Assembly (NCBI RefSeq): GCF_001194135.2 | Contig: NC_068982.1 | Coordinates: 38,317,687-38,381,686 of the forward strand | Direction: 5' to 3' | DNA from: Octopus bimaculoides | Lineage: Eukaryota | DNA: 64,000 nucleotides | In this document: in pieces, positions 11,938 to 24,720 of the stretch | Layout: each line of letters opens with the position of its first letter | Position numbering within the stretch: position 1 is the first letter of the stretch | Translations under genes and position numbers: made by a program | The notes under the pieces: generated by a model | Databases searched by the model: none | Seen by the model: only the letters and a program-made list of their open reading frames with translations | Told to the model about the DNA's origin: nothing

Positions 11938-13087
11938 CACTGACGGTTCTGTAGGAATTGAGTGCAAACAGGATTAGGCCGAAACTGACAACTCTAAAAG
12001 TTATGAACGAATTTTAATATAATTTTAATAGGGTGTTCCTAAGTTATTTGTCAACCTAGCCTATGAAAACTATAAAAGTACACTCAATATTTTTATAGTT
12101 ATATGGGTCCGAATCCGTGGTAAATCTGACAAGGAACCACACCTCATCACTCAACCTGAACTCAATGATCTAGTTCGTGATCTAACACTTACTAAGCAAC
12201 GGAGTGAAAACCTGGCCTAACGTCTGCAACAATGGAACCTGTTGGATAAAGATGATCGAATTACAGTATTTAAAAAGCGTTCTTCAGATCTACAGCAATT
12301 CTTCCCTTTGGAAAACAACTTGACTTATTATAATGATATCAGAGACCTAGTCAATGCCTTTGAGCTGACCTACGAACCAAATGAGTGGAGGTTATTCATA
12401 GATGCATCCCTTTACAGCATAAAAGCGGTTCTGTTGCACATTGGGAACACCATGCCTTCAGTTTCAATTGCTCACTCAGTCATATTAAGAGAGACGTATG
12501 AGAACCTCGCTTTTATTCTAGACCGCATAAGTTACAAAGAGCACGAGCGGCTAATTTGTACGGACTTGAAAGTAGTAGCTTTACATAATGGGCTACAAAC
12601 TGGATACACCACGTTTATGTGCTTCGTTTGCAAGTGGAACAGTAGGGCCAGATCAGAACATTATGTACGCTCAGAATTGTCACCTCGGGAAACTATGACG
12701 CCTGGATGTCATAATGTAAAGCATGAGCCATTTGTTAAGAAGGAGAAAATTATTTTGCCACCAATGCATATAAAACTAGGCCTAGTGAAACAATTTACCA
12801 AAGCACTGCAACATAACAAGCCATGTTTCCAGTACCTCAAGGCGATCTTCCCTAAAATAAGTGATGCCAAGATTAAAGAGGGCATATTCGTAGGCCCTCA
12901 GATTCGTCAACTTAAAGCTGATGAGGACTTCGAGGCGACAATGGATGAAACTGAGTTAGCGGCCTGGCATGCATTCAAAGATGTATGCAAAAGTCTTCTA
13001 GGAAAGCTCCAAGTGGCCCAGCGAGAGAGTATAGCGGAGAGTTTAATCAAGTGCTATCAAAATCTCGAATGCAATACGTCACTGAAA
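11938..13087 (+). mobile_element. Chapaev3-like (CMC superfamily) DNA transposon remnant, internally deleted and 3'-truncated
   Basis: CACTG left end. Transposase motifs PHLITQPELNDLVRDL, WRLFIDAS..SIKAVLLH, GLQTGYT.F.CFVC.WNSR, LPPMHIKLGLVKQF, KIKEGIFVGPQIR. Stop before the 12242 ORF. Family label is from recall. Confidence 0.75.
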
Positions 13088-13880
13088 CAACGTGGTACTC
13101 TACCCTCTACCAACACTCTCAGCACAATTTCCCCCAACGTCACCGTCTCTGCCAAACTCTCCAGTTGTCCCTCCTCCGTCTGTATAATTAATTCTAGTAT
13201 CTTCCCTTTCCACCCTCCTGCTTCCGTTTCTGTGGCTTGAAGGACAGCCACTTTCTCCTCACTTCCAGCAAGGACAGCCGCCGCCGCACAAGCCACTTCT
13301 ATATCAAGTGGGATTGCTTCTACCCTTACCTTGGAAGTCTTTCTTCCAAGGTATATGAGCAGAAGCACTACTTCCTCTATTTTCACTTCCACACCCGCCA
13401 GCCTCCTCGCCTCCTCTACTGTCCTAAATTAGACGACCATTGTCCCATATTTCCTTCCTTTAGTTATGTATATTATTTCCTTTGACCGCTCCCTTAGCGC
13501 TTTTTCCGTTTCAGCTTCCACCTGCTCGGCCTTTTTTCCCTTTTAACGAGAACACCTTATAGGTGATCGTTTTTCTCTCCATCCGCTCCATAATTCCTTT
13601 GGGGGCGACAACCTCACGTCACCTCCTACCTTCTGTACCATCTTCTCATACTCCTTCAGACCAGCCAAGTCCAACTCCCTTCGCTTCATCTCCGTGGCCT
13701 CAGCAAAACTCCTTGTCTTCTCCAACACTCTGTCCATCTTTATTACCGCCCTTACCAGCTCCTCCTCTATTGAAGACAACTCAGACCCGTTAAAGTCTGA
13801 GTACATCATCTCCACCCTCAAAGCAGCAAAAAAAAAAAAAGTCCGACTTGCACACAAACGACAAACCAAATGCACTCTGG
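13088..13880 (-). mobile_element. Tx1/L1-like ORF1 (gag-like) fragment
   Basis: YLGRKTSKVRV..IP..I and VEGRVPRCF align with the 40429-41355 ORF1, which continues into CX2CX4HX4C. Confidence 0.7.
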
Positions 13881-14339
13881 GTGACGCATGCGCGGAAGCA
13901 AGCTTCTTACCACACAGCCACGTCTGCGCCTATTATGGAACATAAGGTATGAAGTATGGCAAAGTTTAAGTATCGACAGAAGCATACAACTAGAGAGCTA
14001 TCGCTATTGCAGTGAAAGTTGTATTTAACTAAACATGAACCTAATTTAGAATGTAACTTTGCAGTTATATTTTTTAAAGGAAGGAATGTGGGGTTTCNNN
14101 NNNNNNNNNNNNNNNNNNNNNNNNNNNNNNNNNNNNNNNNNNNNNNNNNNNNNNNNNNNNNNNNNNNNNNNNNNNNNNNNNNNCAGGAAATAAAAATCTT
14201 TTGTTTGATGGGGAGTTACTGACTGTGTTAAGAATGAAGATTCGTCTAAAATTATTTTATAATTTATTATCCTTATTACTCCTATGACTTTTTGTCAACT
14301 TTTCGAACTTGAAATATTTTCTTTAATTCTGGTTCTTCA

Positions 14340-14625
14340 TTTGATGGTGGTGGTGGTGGTGGTAGTGGTTGTGGTACTGGTGGTGGAGGTGACAGCTGCG
14401 GTGGGGGCTGTGACGGTTGTGGTGGCGGCGGTGATGGTTATAATGATGATGATGATGATGATGGTGATGATGAAAATGAGGATGATGACGGTGATGGTGA
14501 TTATGACTATGATGATGATGATGATGATGATGGAGATGATGATGATGAGGAGGAGGAGGAGGAGGAGGAAGAGGAAATCGATGACGACGATGTTGATGAT
14601 AATAATAATGATAATGACAGTAGTA
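14340..14625. repeat. Compound trinucleotide repeat (GGT/GAT/GAG)
   Basis: Direct reading. Confidence 0.97.
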
Positions 14626-15083
14626 AAGTATGTATACGAGAAAATGGTGTGAGGAGCAGGTAGTGAGAGATTGTATAAAAATCAACCGGCATTGCATGAA
14701 TATATCATCGAATACACCAATAGAATTAAAGAGAAAAAAAAATAAAGAAAACAAACAGATTCATGCCGAAAGTATCACGAAAATACATTTGGAGCGCTAA
14801 CAGTAACAAGTACCAAAAATTCAACAAGGTAGAAAAAAAAAAAGAACAGAATGTAATTTCAGACAAGTTTTTATATATTTTTATTTCTATTATTGATCTG
14901 TGACATATTCAGCAATGGTAAATACAAGTAGAACTACACTTCACCAAGAAGTATATCACCATTAAGCATGATAATCCTCATTTAAGTATTTATTCTCTAT
15001 GCGGAAGAATACCTCGGCATACTCTGCGCTATCATTATTTTTAAATTGCGTAACCAGTTAATGCTTTTCACTCAGAACGCTCT

Positions 15084-15087
<4 letters not shown>

Positions 15088-15168
<81 letters not shown>

Positions 15169-15284
15169 NNNNNNNNNNNNNNNNNNNNNNNNNNNNNNNN
15201 NNNNNNNNNNNNNNNNNNNNNNNNNNNNNNNNNNNNNNNNNNNNNNNNNNNNNNNNNNNNNNNNNNNNNNNNNNNNNNNNNNNN

Positions 15285-15349
<65 letters not shown>

Positions 15350-15360
15350 TACATACATAT
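15088..15360. repeat. (CA)n/(TACA)n microsatellite spanning an assembly gap
   Basis: Direct reading. Confidence 0.97.
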
Positions 15361-15620
15361 ATATACTTCAGGCAGTATTACAATTAGTGCTCAGGCTGAC
15401 TTGCTGCCAAAAACTCCAACTTGAACTGCAACTAAAAAGCAGAGATGTTAAAGCAATCACTGACGACTGGCTATTTGGTTTTTTGTACATGAACAGGTAC
15501 ATGTATGATAGAATAAAAACGTTCCTTACGATCTATACTCATGTAACAAATTAACGGTCATGTTTTCATATACAAATGTCACAATCTAACCTGATACCAG
15601 TTTTGTCTGCTTGTTTATCC

Positions 15621-15687
<67 letters not shown>

Positions 15688-16241
15688 GAGTGAGAGAGCA
15701 GCGCATGCCATCAAAGTGACACTGGGGTATAATTATACGAAGCCCAGTATACCTATCATGTCTACCCGTCTGATAGGGATACACCAGGCACATGCATCAC
15801 AACCACATGTGCGTGGCATGGTGATCTTATATCAAAATAAACATCGCATGACCTTGCAGGTAGGGCCCAGTTAGAATTTTCTTCAGGTTGAGTAGCCCAT
15901 CCTGCTCAAAAAGTCCCTGAAGAAGGTTTTTTAAGGATGATGAACGAAATACCCATGTTTCCAGAGGTGAATTATCCAAACCCCAAAGAATTCCTCTCAA
16001 CACATGGCTATGATGCTCCCGCACTACTTCTGCTCGTGATCAGAGATGCACATATCGTCAGCCGCCAAAGGACATGCTCAATTGGTTAAGGTCAAACAAG
16101 TGACTAGCAAATCTGTGGTATTCAGCTGAATGTTTACTGTAGTCCATCTTTTATATCAAAACAAAACAATGTACATGATAACACTTCCAGTCAGTTAAGA
16201 TCAGAAGCCATGAGAGCCACTGCCTGGTATTGCATCAGGAC

Positions 16242-16245
<4 letters not shown>
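15688..16245. mobile_element. Repeat family B (~560 bp, SINE/LINE-end-like), flanked on both sides by long (ATT)n
   Basis: GAGTGAGAGAGCAG...CATCAGGACATTT. Homologues at 33441-33590 (inverted) and 51763-52204. Confidence 0.8.
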
Positions 16246-16308
<63 letters not shown>

Positions 16309-17771
16309 TGTGTTTTCTTTTCATTATAACTTTATTTCAGCTGCCTTAGTACCGGGCATTCTCCAAAGGCCAAGAGTAGCAAGGGCACTTTTGTTCTGCT
16401 ATGCATGCTAAAATTATCACCACATTTATTCCATTTTAGATGTAGAGTGCTTTTCGTAGTATATGGGGTCGATTGCTTCGACTAAAAATCCTTTAAGGTG
16501 GTGCTTCAGCTTGATTGCAGACAAAATGACTGAAACAAGTAAAAGAATATGTATATGTGTGAGCGTGTGTGTATTTGTGTATTCTCTAAGTCCTTCTAGT
16601 ACAAGACGATACTTCTTTCAAGAGATCTAAAGAGACTGAAACATGTCTGCAGTTGTCTAATGACTGAAACAACTAAAGGATTTATGAGTTTCTGAGTGGT
16701 CGCTTTTGTTTTGACAAGCTTTATCATTAACGCCAAAGATTTTTCGTTTTCATTTTAAAATCTTTTTTCGCGGGTTTCTTACTACATTGAATATGTGAGT
16801 ACCCGTTTCTTTATATGTTCTTCATTCCAAAGACGTCCATAGGAAATTTTCTAATTTTATATTGTCGTATTGTGGTTTTTCTACAAAATTTGCTATAGAA
16901 GAAAAATAATTCTAGTTTCATTATCCTATATTATATAACGGCGGTCTGTTATTTTTTTATTTAGTAAAACCATAATTTGAAAAATGAAACCAAAATTAAT
17001 TATCGATAAAATATATACTGGCATGGCGATGGCTGTAATGGATATTTTTATTCATTTTTGTTTGTATCAAAATGGATAATGATTATCAGGCTGGTAGAGA
17101 TTTTAATTACCTCATGTTGCGAGAGTTGTAACATCGCTAAACCATTTCTATTATGAAGGAGACTAACGCTGTGTATCCTAATTAATGTAAAGCAATTTTG
17201 TTTCACCAAGCAAGATTTTATTTTACATCAATATAAAACATGTGAAAGTTTCTAATGTAAGATTTATGACATCACAATTGTACCTGTGCAAATCGTGAAC
17301 GTCACGATTCCTAATGCTTTGTTTTAAAATAATTGGAAATGATCCATCTGAAGCGGAAGTCAAATTCTTTAGCAAGCAACAGTCTGATAGCAATTTACGA
17401 CTTCCTGGTATAAAGGCAATAAACTAATTAGATGTCTCTCAAAAATTATTTTACAGAAAAGTTTTAAAGTGAACTGTCTCCTTCAGTATTTGAACGATTC
17501 TTCCATAGCTCATTTGTGAAAAACAATGGTAACAGATCGATTGTAATATACTAAAAAATATTTTATTTATGACGATTATTAGTCACATCTTGATTTATGC
17601 CGTTCTTGACTCATAGAATTACTTCCTCGAGTAAATTATCCATCCAGAAAGACTGTATGGCTTTAGACTGAGTCGTTATTCTAAAGATATAGTTTTCATT
17701 CTTTATAACAAAATGATAGAGAACAAATGATGAACCCACATCTTTGGTTATTGTTTATCAAGCCGAATTGT

Positions 17772-17909
17772 AAGGCGTCGAGTTGGCGGAGTCGTTAGCA
17801 CTCAGGACAAAACGCTTAGCGGCATTTCGTCTGTCTTTATGTTCTGAGTTCAAATTCCGCCGAGGTCGACTTTGCCTTTTATCCTTTCGGGGTCGATAAA
17901 ATAAGAACC
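17772..17909 (+). mobile_element. SINE family A, 3'-truncated
   Basis: AAGGCGTCGAGTTGGCGGAGTCGTTAGCAC...TTCAAATTCCGCCGAGGTCGAC. Confidence 0.85.
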
Positions 17910-17952
17910 TGGACGAAATGCCGCTAAACATTTTCCCCATTGTGCTAAGGTT

Positions 17953-18188
17953 TCTTATTTCTTTACTGCCCACAAGGGGCTACACACAGAGGGGACAAAC
18001 AAGGACAGACAAACAGATTAAGTCGATTATATCGACCCCAGTGCGTAACTGGTACTTATTTAATCGACCCCGAAAGGATGAAAGATAAAGTCAACCTCGG
18101 TGGAATTTGAACTCAGAACGTAATGGCAGACGAAATACCGCTAAGCATTTCGCCCGGCGTGCTAACGTTTCTGCCAGCTTGCTGCCTT
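17953..18188 (-). mobile_element. SINE family A, inverted relative to 17772 copy
   Basis: Reverse complement of the same consensus. Confidence 0.85.
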
Positions 18189-19699
18189 AGTGGCTGATTT
18201 AATATTAGCTGACGAGTGTCATCTTTAGCATGTACATTAATTGCCTAATAATTTAATGCTCTTTTTTCTCTTCAGTAAAATCACATATTTTAGTTGGAAG
18301 ATGGAGTTATTTCGTCAAGCTTGAACGAATGCGTTCCCAGATTCTTGACCATCAGTAATCGTAAGAAATTAAAAGATTGTTCGCAAAGATAGCAAAACCG
18401 ATGATTTAGAACTATTCTTTTTATTTCCTATATACCAACATAAAATTAACATTTTCCAATCTGCAGTAGAATAATGCAATTTGCACAGAACTTGGACAAG
18501 AATAGAGGAGATTTTTATTTGCGACACCAATCAGAGTAGATTTTACATAAAAGTGCTTATAAGAGCGTGCATTCTTTATTCAATAAGAAAATTTATGTTG
18601 CAGAATAAGCGTTAAGGAAAATATCCATATATTTACGTATTATACAAAGTCAAAGGGTTAATGCATGTAGAAATGGCCAGAGATATTTCCGTGTTTGTAA
18701 AAGTAAAAATATTTACAAATAGATAATTGGCAGCAGTGAAGTTGAACGTATGTAACATACGTGTTTTATGCTGGTAGAAGTTGTTCTGTAAAGACCAAAT
18801 CAACAGAAAAGTTAAATTCCAGCAAGAGCTAAAGTGGTGAGTAAGGTTGGATAGCTACACAGGTTTTCAGGCGACGAAATAGAGGGGAGAAATAATGTGG
18901 TCTATTTAATAACCAAAAATACACCCTTAGCTGTTAGATGATAAGCGGTAGTATGCTTTCAATTGCAGCCTAGTAACAGTGTCATTTCAGCGAATAAACT
19001 GGATCCGAACTATCATTTGTGGTATTGCCGTGTTTAGAAATCCAGTGCAGTATGAAATTATTGGCAACAGTTGCAGCTTCGTTTGTCAGACGATCATGCC
19101 GTTGAATTTTTGAATTTCTGAATTCAATTGTGTTGTTGCAATAAAAGTTGTGTTTACGTATTTGGGTAATATATTAAAATTTTAAAGTTTTCTTGAGATG
19201 TTCGTTTGTCTGTCCAGTTGGAGAATATAGAAGCACTTTTGCAATGAAAAGGATGTTTACATTTTCAAATACTGAGAGAGGGAGGAAAGGATAAGTATTC
19301 ACACATTAGTTGTAGATATATCAAAGGTCTTTTTTTTTAAAGCTGATCTTTTGTGTTTTCGAAAGCTGTAGGTATGTAAGTTTCCTAACTTATTTTATTT
19401 TGAGGGAGGTTTAAAATATTCACAGGAAATTGTAGATATTTCAGTCTTAGGGAATAGTAGGAGGAAGAGATGTTCACCTTGTTGGATTTTTGAATTTCAG
19501 AATTTCTTTTTCTTTTTCTTTTGGAATTTTTCTTTTCTTTTTAAAAGTTTTGCAGTGGTTTACAGTTTTTGTAGTTGTGCAGTATCTATATATATTGGCA
19601 GGTGCTTACTTCCTAAATTTTTTATCGTGCATTTAATTGTGCTGTTACAATAAAAGGCATGTTTACATATTCTGTTAGTCAGGGAAGAAGGGAAGACAA

Positions 19700-19750
<51 letters not shown>

Positions 19751-19853
19751 TTGTCTTCCCTTCTTCTCTTCTTCCCTTCTTCCCTGATGATGATGATGAT
19801 GATGATGATGATCATCATCATCATCATCATCATCATCATAATCATCATCATCA

Positions 19854-19890
<37 letters not shown>

Positions 19891-19947
19891 CTGCAGTACC
19901 ATAGCCAATGAGGGTTATCCGAGGTGTGGTTATTGCTAGTTGAAAAC

Positions 19948-20008
<61 letters not shown>
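19700..20008. repeat. Compound (AAT)/(GAT)/(CAT)/(TTA) repeats
   Basis: Direct reading. Confidence 0.97.
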
Positions 20009-20181
20009 GTATATGGAGTACCAAGTCACAGAAATATTAGACGTATAATAATATATCATTATGATTATTTACTACAGCTTATTTATGTCTGTTTTTGTTT
20101 TTGGATTAGATTTGAACTTCCGCTGTTCGAAGACTAATCCAATTCATTGTAAGCAGTTAATTGCTGCAAACATAATCTTTC

Positions 20182-20365
20182 CAGTGACGCAGCTAACAGA
20201 GGAGCAAGGGGGCGCGATCGCTCCCCACGTGTACACTTTTCAAAATTGGCACCTTTTATAAAATGTATAATCAATGAGTTAAAAATTGTTTTATCTGTGT
20301 CACACCATCCGGTTTTTTTTTAATGTGCTTGCTCCCCATAACTTTAGAACCTGGTTACATCCTTG
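20182..20365. mobile_element. Old hAT-like MITE
   Basis: Degenerate TIRs CAGTGACGCAGCTA / TGGTTACATCCTTG. The 8-bp flanks AATCTTTC and AAGCATTC match at 6/8. Confidence 0.4.
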
Positions 20366-20519
20366 AAGCATTCTACTAACTTTTTTGCGGTTATAATCTA
20401 TTATTGTTATACTTCAGTAGATGCTCTCACTGCATCATTCAGACACATTTCTGCGTAGTTGAACGGCAACAATGTTTTGTTTTGGATTCAGATTTTCTCT
20501 TGCTCTGGAAGGGTTCTGC

Positions 20520-20880
20520 GTAAATGGCGAATGGTCTAGTACTTACCAAGTCGGGCTTACATGCATAAGGTCATGAGTTCGATTTCTTGTCCGAACAGCG
20601 CGTTGTATCCTTGATCAAGGTACTACATTTCGCATTTTCTTGTCTCCCAGCTGAAAATGAGTTTCATCCTAGTGTTGGTGTAGTCTTTTCTCCCATTAGA
20701 TGTCACCTCTTCGATGTTCTATGATTCAAAAGGTGGGAGAACCGAGAGGTTATCCATATCTCGTGACTGCATAAACACTTAAAGCAAGAAGCAGAAGCCT
20801 GGTGCATCTTGTCATGTCATATTCACTTGCGAGTTACGGCTATGGTTACGTAACGTGTTCTGTGCTCCGTAGGCTTCTAT
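20520..20880 (+). mobile_element. tRNA-derived SINE (family D), degenerate
   Basis: Head plus TTGTATCCTTGATCAAGGTAC central motif, similar to 6684. Confidence 0.55.
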
Positions 20881-22373
20881 ATTATGTGTATATTAAAATC
20901 CAGTAGTTTTGGTTATGTGATTACCAAGATCTATATTTAATAATTCTCAAGGTACCTATTATATTTCTGTTTTTAGACCCCGCCCCCGTTTTGGTTATCT
21001 CTATTTCCAGATCTCTACATTTGGATATTTTCCCATTTCTTTCAGCGATACATTATCCGTTGTTGAGACTAATTCTTCATTTAGAAGGTGCGTCGAGGTC
21101 ATATTTGCTTTTCATCCTTTCGAGGTCGATAAAATAAAGTACCAGTCAAGTACTGGAGGTCGAAAGCAACGACCAACATCCTCTCCGCGAAATTGCTTAC
21201 CTTGTGCCTATCTTAGAAACAATTACTATACCTTCATCATTGGTCTCCTTTTTTCTACAACTTTTCAAGCAGCTTATATGAATGTCAAAGCGCTGAAGAG
21301 TTAGTGTAAACGACTGGTCGTCGGCATAAAAATCTTCATTTTCTGTAGGTTTGGTGGTTCATGTTTGTGTATAGATGTTGCGTCAGCAATTAATTGCTTT
21401 TCATTTAATGACAGTCAATAAAATAAGTAGTAGCAGTAACACAATTATACTCCCATTACAAACAAAAAAGGTGGGGAATTGTGAACAAACAAACTAAATC
21501 CCTTAATTTTCAGATATTACAATCACACATCAATAATAGTCATTTGTTGTCTAAAGTAAAGACTGAACGACTTATTTCGTCATTTTTGTCAGCAGTAGAA
21601 AACAAAATACTGCAGCAAACAAATAGGATCATAAGAATTTAAGCAAATCCCTAATCTATAATATATGTTGTCAGCAAACTGTTGGTGGCTTCGAAAGGAA
21701 ATAACCATGGTTGTCAGCCAACAACAATCTCTCGCGACAATGGAAAATAATAGTGTATGCTTGTGCTCTATGCGTGCTCGTGTGTGTAGATGTGCGTGTG
21801 TACATGCGAGATTATCTATGTAATGTAATGTAATGCAATGCTATGTAATATATGTATATAATATAGCTATGTGGATGTATATTTATGTACGTATGCGTCT
21901 ATATGAGCGTGTATGTAAATGCATACAGCGGCATCTGAATTATCAGCTTAGTATGTTGGTATGAGTGGTGTATGTATATTTGCATCTGTAGACTTGAAAA
22001 ATAAGTAAATTATAAGTTGGAGAGAAAGAAAAACAGAGAAAACAGATTTTTCTTTATCTGCATTGTGTCTAGTTTATTGTCTCGATTTAATTGTCTCTGT
22101 TGGAAGGCTAGTATCTTTAGAATCTTTGATGCGATACCACAGAAAGTTATGTTCAACGCAGTAATGAAACAATTTCTAACAATATCTGTTGGAAAACCGA
22201 CTGATGCTTGTTTGCCAGAGCAGTATCAGTGAAATTTACATTCTACTTATCTACGCAAGTAATGAACTCACAGCGTGAATTTGTACAATCACAACAACAT
22301 CAGTGAAGATTACAAAATGGCTGCCATCGAAAAAAAGAATGCATTCGATATACACACATACATACATACCTAC

Positions 22374-22404
<31 letters not shown>

Positions 22405-23375
22405 TGTATGTATGTATGTATGTATGTGTGAGTGTGTGTGTTTGTGTGTGTGTATGTGTGTTTGTAAGCATTGCATTGAAAACAGTCTGGAACTGTAATG
22501 GCTGACAATATAAACAATCTAAAAATGGAGTAAAAAAAGATATCTTCATAGGGTATCGTTTGTTCTCAGCAGGTTAAAATCTATGGATAGCCAGCCATCT
22601 CAATCTTTCTTGCGTTGTCCTCATGCATTCACTGCATTTGGAGTAAAAGAAAATAGGACTTAAAAACGGAGTGAGATATTGATTTTTTTCGATTCCCTTC
22701 TTTCTTTTATTTTTCAATAGTTTATCTCGGTAATGAATTGTTTTCGTCGTCATTCATGTCCAAGGTCGTGTTTTCTTCTAAAGTCGAATCAACATACTTG
22801 TAAAGGTTTTGTTCCTGCTTATAAAAACCAAGTAAGATTGCACGCAAGCGCGCGCACCTACACATACATGCATATGTATATACGTATATATATGTACGTA
22901 TATATATATCTATATATGTTCGTATGGATATAAATATATATATACATACTTACGTACGTTCGTACGCACGTACGTACGTATGTACCTACCCACCTACCTA
23001 CCTACCTACCTACCTACATACATACATATATACAATCATACAACAATCATCGCTCGTTAACTGTTATTTATCAGAACGAAAACAAAGGCAAAAAATTGTT
23101 TTCTTTTGGCCGTATTAATGGATTTCAAATTTGAAACAGGAATGGCTTTTCTCAAAGTCATCCCAAAAGCAATAACAGATAATAGATAATAAATGTAGGT
23201 TTAATTTTTAAAGAATGAATTACTAAGTCTTCATATACAAGATTACGCTAATGCTAGTTTGACTTTGAAATGATATGAACTGAAGCCTGAATGTATAGAA
23301 GAATAAATAGCTTCAAAGGCAAGGAAGGGTTGAAATAACGAACAACCGATGACATAATATGTTGTTTTTTTCCCT

Positions 23376-23535
23376 CACTTGAGGAGGAGTTTTTAGTCGA
23401 ACGAATCGACCCTAGTATTTATTTTTTGTTGAACCTGGTACTTATTCTATGTTGTGGGGACGTAAACACACCAACGGCGGTTGTCAAGCGGTAGTGGGGG
23501 ACAAACACAGACAGAAAGACACACGCACGCACACA

Positions 23536-23586
<51 letters not shown>
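23376..23586 (-). mobile_element. SINE family C fragment ending in internal (CA)n and a gap
   Basis: Matches 36341-36692 and 61830-62477. Confidence 0.75.
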
Positions 23587-24365
23587 NNNNNNNNNNNNNN
23601 NNNNNNNNNNNNNNNNNNNNNNNNNNNNNNNNNNNNNNNNNNNNNNNNNNNNNNNNNNNNNNNNNNNNNNNNNNNNNNNNNNNNNNNNNNNNNNNNNNNN
23701 NNNNNNNNNNNNNNNNNNNNNNNNNNNNNNNNNNNNNNNNNNNNNNNNNNNNNNNNNNNNNNNNNNNNNNNNNNNNNNNNNNNNNNNNNNNNNNNNNNNN
23801 NNNNNNNNNNNNNNNNNNNNNNNNNNNNNNNNNNNNNNNNNNNNNNNNNNNNNNNNNNNNNNNNNNNNNNNNNNNNNNNNNNNNNNNNNNNNNNNNNNNN
23901 NNNNNNNNNNNNNNNNNNNNNNNNNNNNNNNNNNNNNNNNNNNNNNNNNNNNNNNNNNNNNNNNNNNNNNNNNNNNNNNNNNNNNNNNNNNNNNNNNNNN
24001 NNNNNNNNNNNNNNNNNNNNNNNNNNNNNNNNNNNNNNNNNNNNNNNNNNNNNNNNNNNNNNNNNNNNNNNNNNNNNNNNNNNNNNNNNNNNNNNNNNNN
24101 NNNNNNNNNNATATATATATATTTGTTCGTTTTATTTGTGTATACAAGCATTGTTTAAAAGCCGAGAAAGTTTAGCTGAAAATTTTCCAAGAAGGAAATT
24201 AATATTGGAATATATAAAAATGTCCATTGTTATTTGTTGCAACAATATTAAAGGCCAATCAGAATTGGATGTAATCGATACTGTGTAACTGATTGAACTC
24301 AACGATTGCCTTCAGAAATGAGAAAAGATGTTAAAATAAAGCATAAGCTAAATTACTGCATATAT

Positions 24366-24720
24366 CTAAAAACTAGGAAGAAATAATCCACCAAGGGAAG
24401 GTATGTCAGAAGAAAGTAATTCAACAACGCGGGTTGATGAACCGTAAGACGTGTGGCCAGAACCTCCTGGAAAATAACCATAGCGAGGGACATTCCACAG
24501 TTGAATTAGAACAGTCACAAACAGTGAAAGAAGACATGCACCCAACACCAGAGCTGAAGACACCTCCGAAAGGAGGGGCCCCGCCACGTCAAAACGGTAG
24601 AGGAGTAGGGGCCGAAACCGGACGTGGTTCCTCCTGATGATGTCTTCAGCTAACTGGATCCTATAAAGGAGCTGTTGTGGTAGCAGACCACGAAACATGG
24701 TTGAAATTCCTATTGTATGC
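24366..24720 (+). mobile_element. Probable Penelope-like 3' end
   Basis: Degenerate GIY-YIG C-terminus-like text (..ITIARDIPQLN*) followed by CTGAAGA..GAAAC and CTGATGA..GAAAC motifs. Confidence 0.45.

Noticed and set aside
12242-13240. Longest ORF (332 aa) as a host gene
   Set aside because: Starts at TTG after an in-frame stop, is transposase-derived, lacks the C-terminal motifs and reads into an antisense LINE ORF1.
14284-14754. Poly-His/Met/Val ORFs (also 19675-20137 and 32047-32603)
   Set aside because: Translations of trinucleotide microsatellites, open in several frames on both strands.
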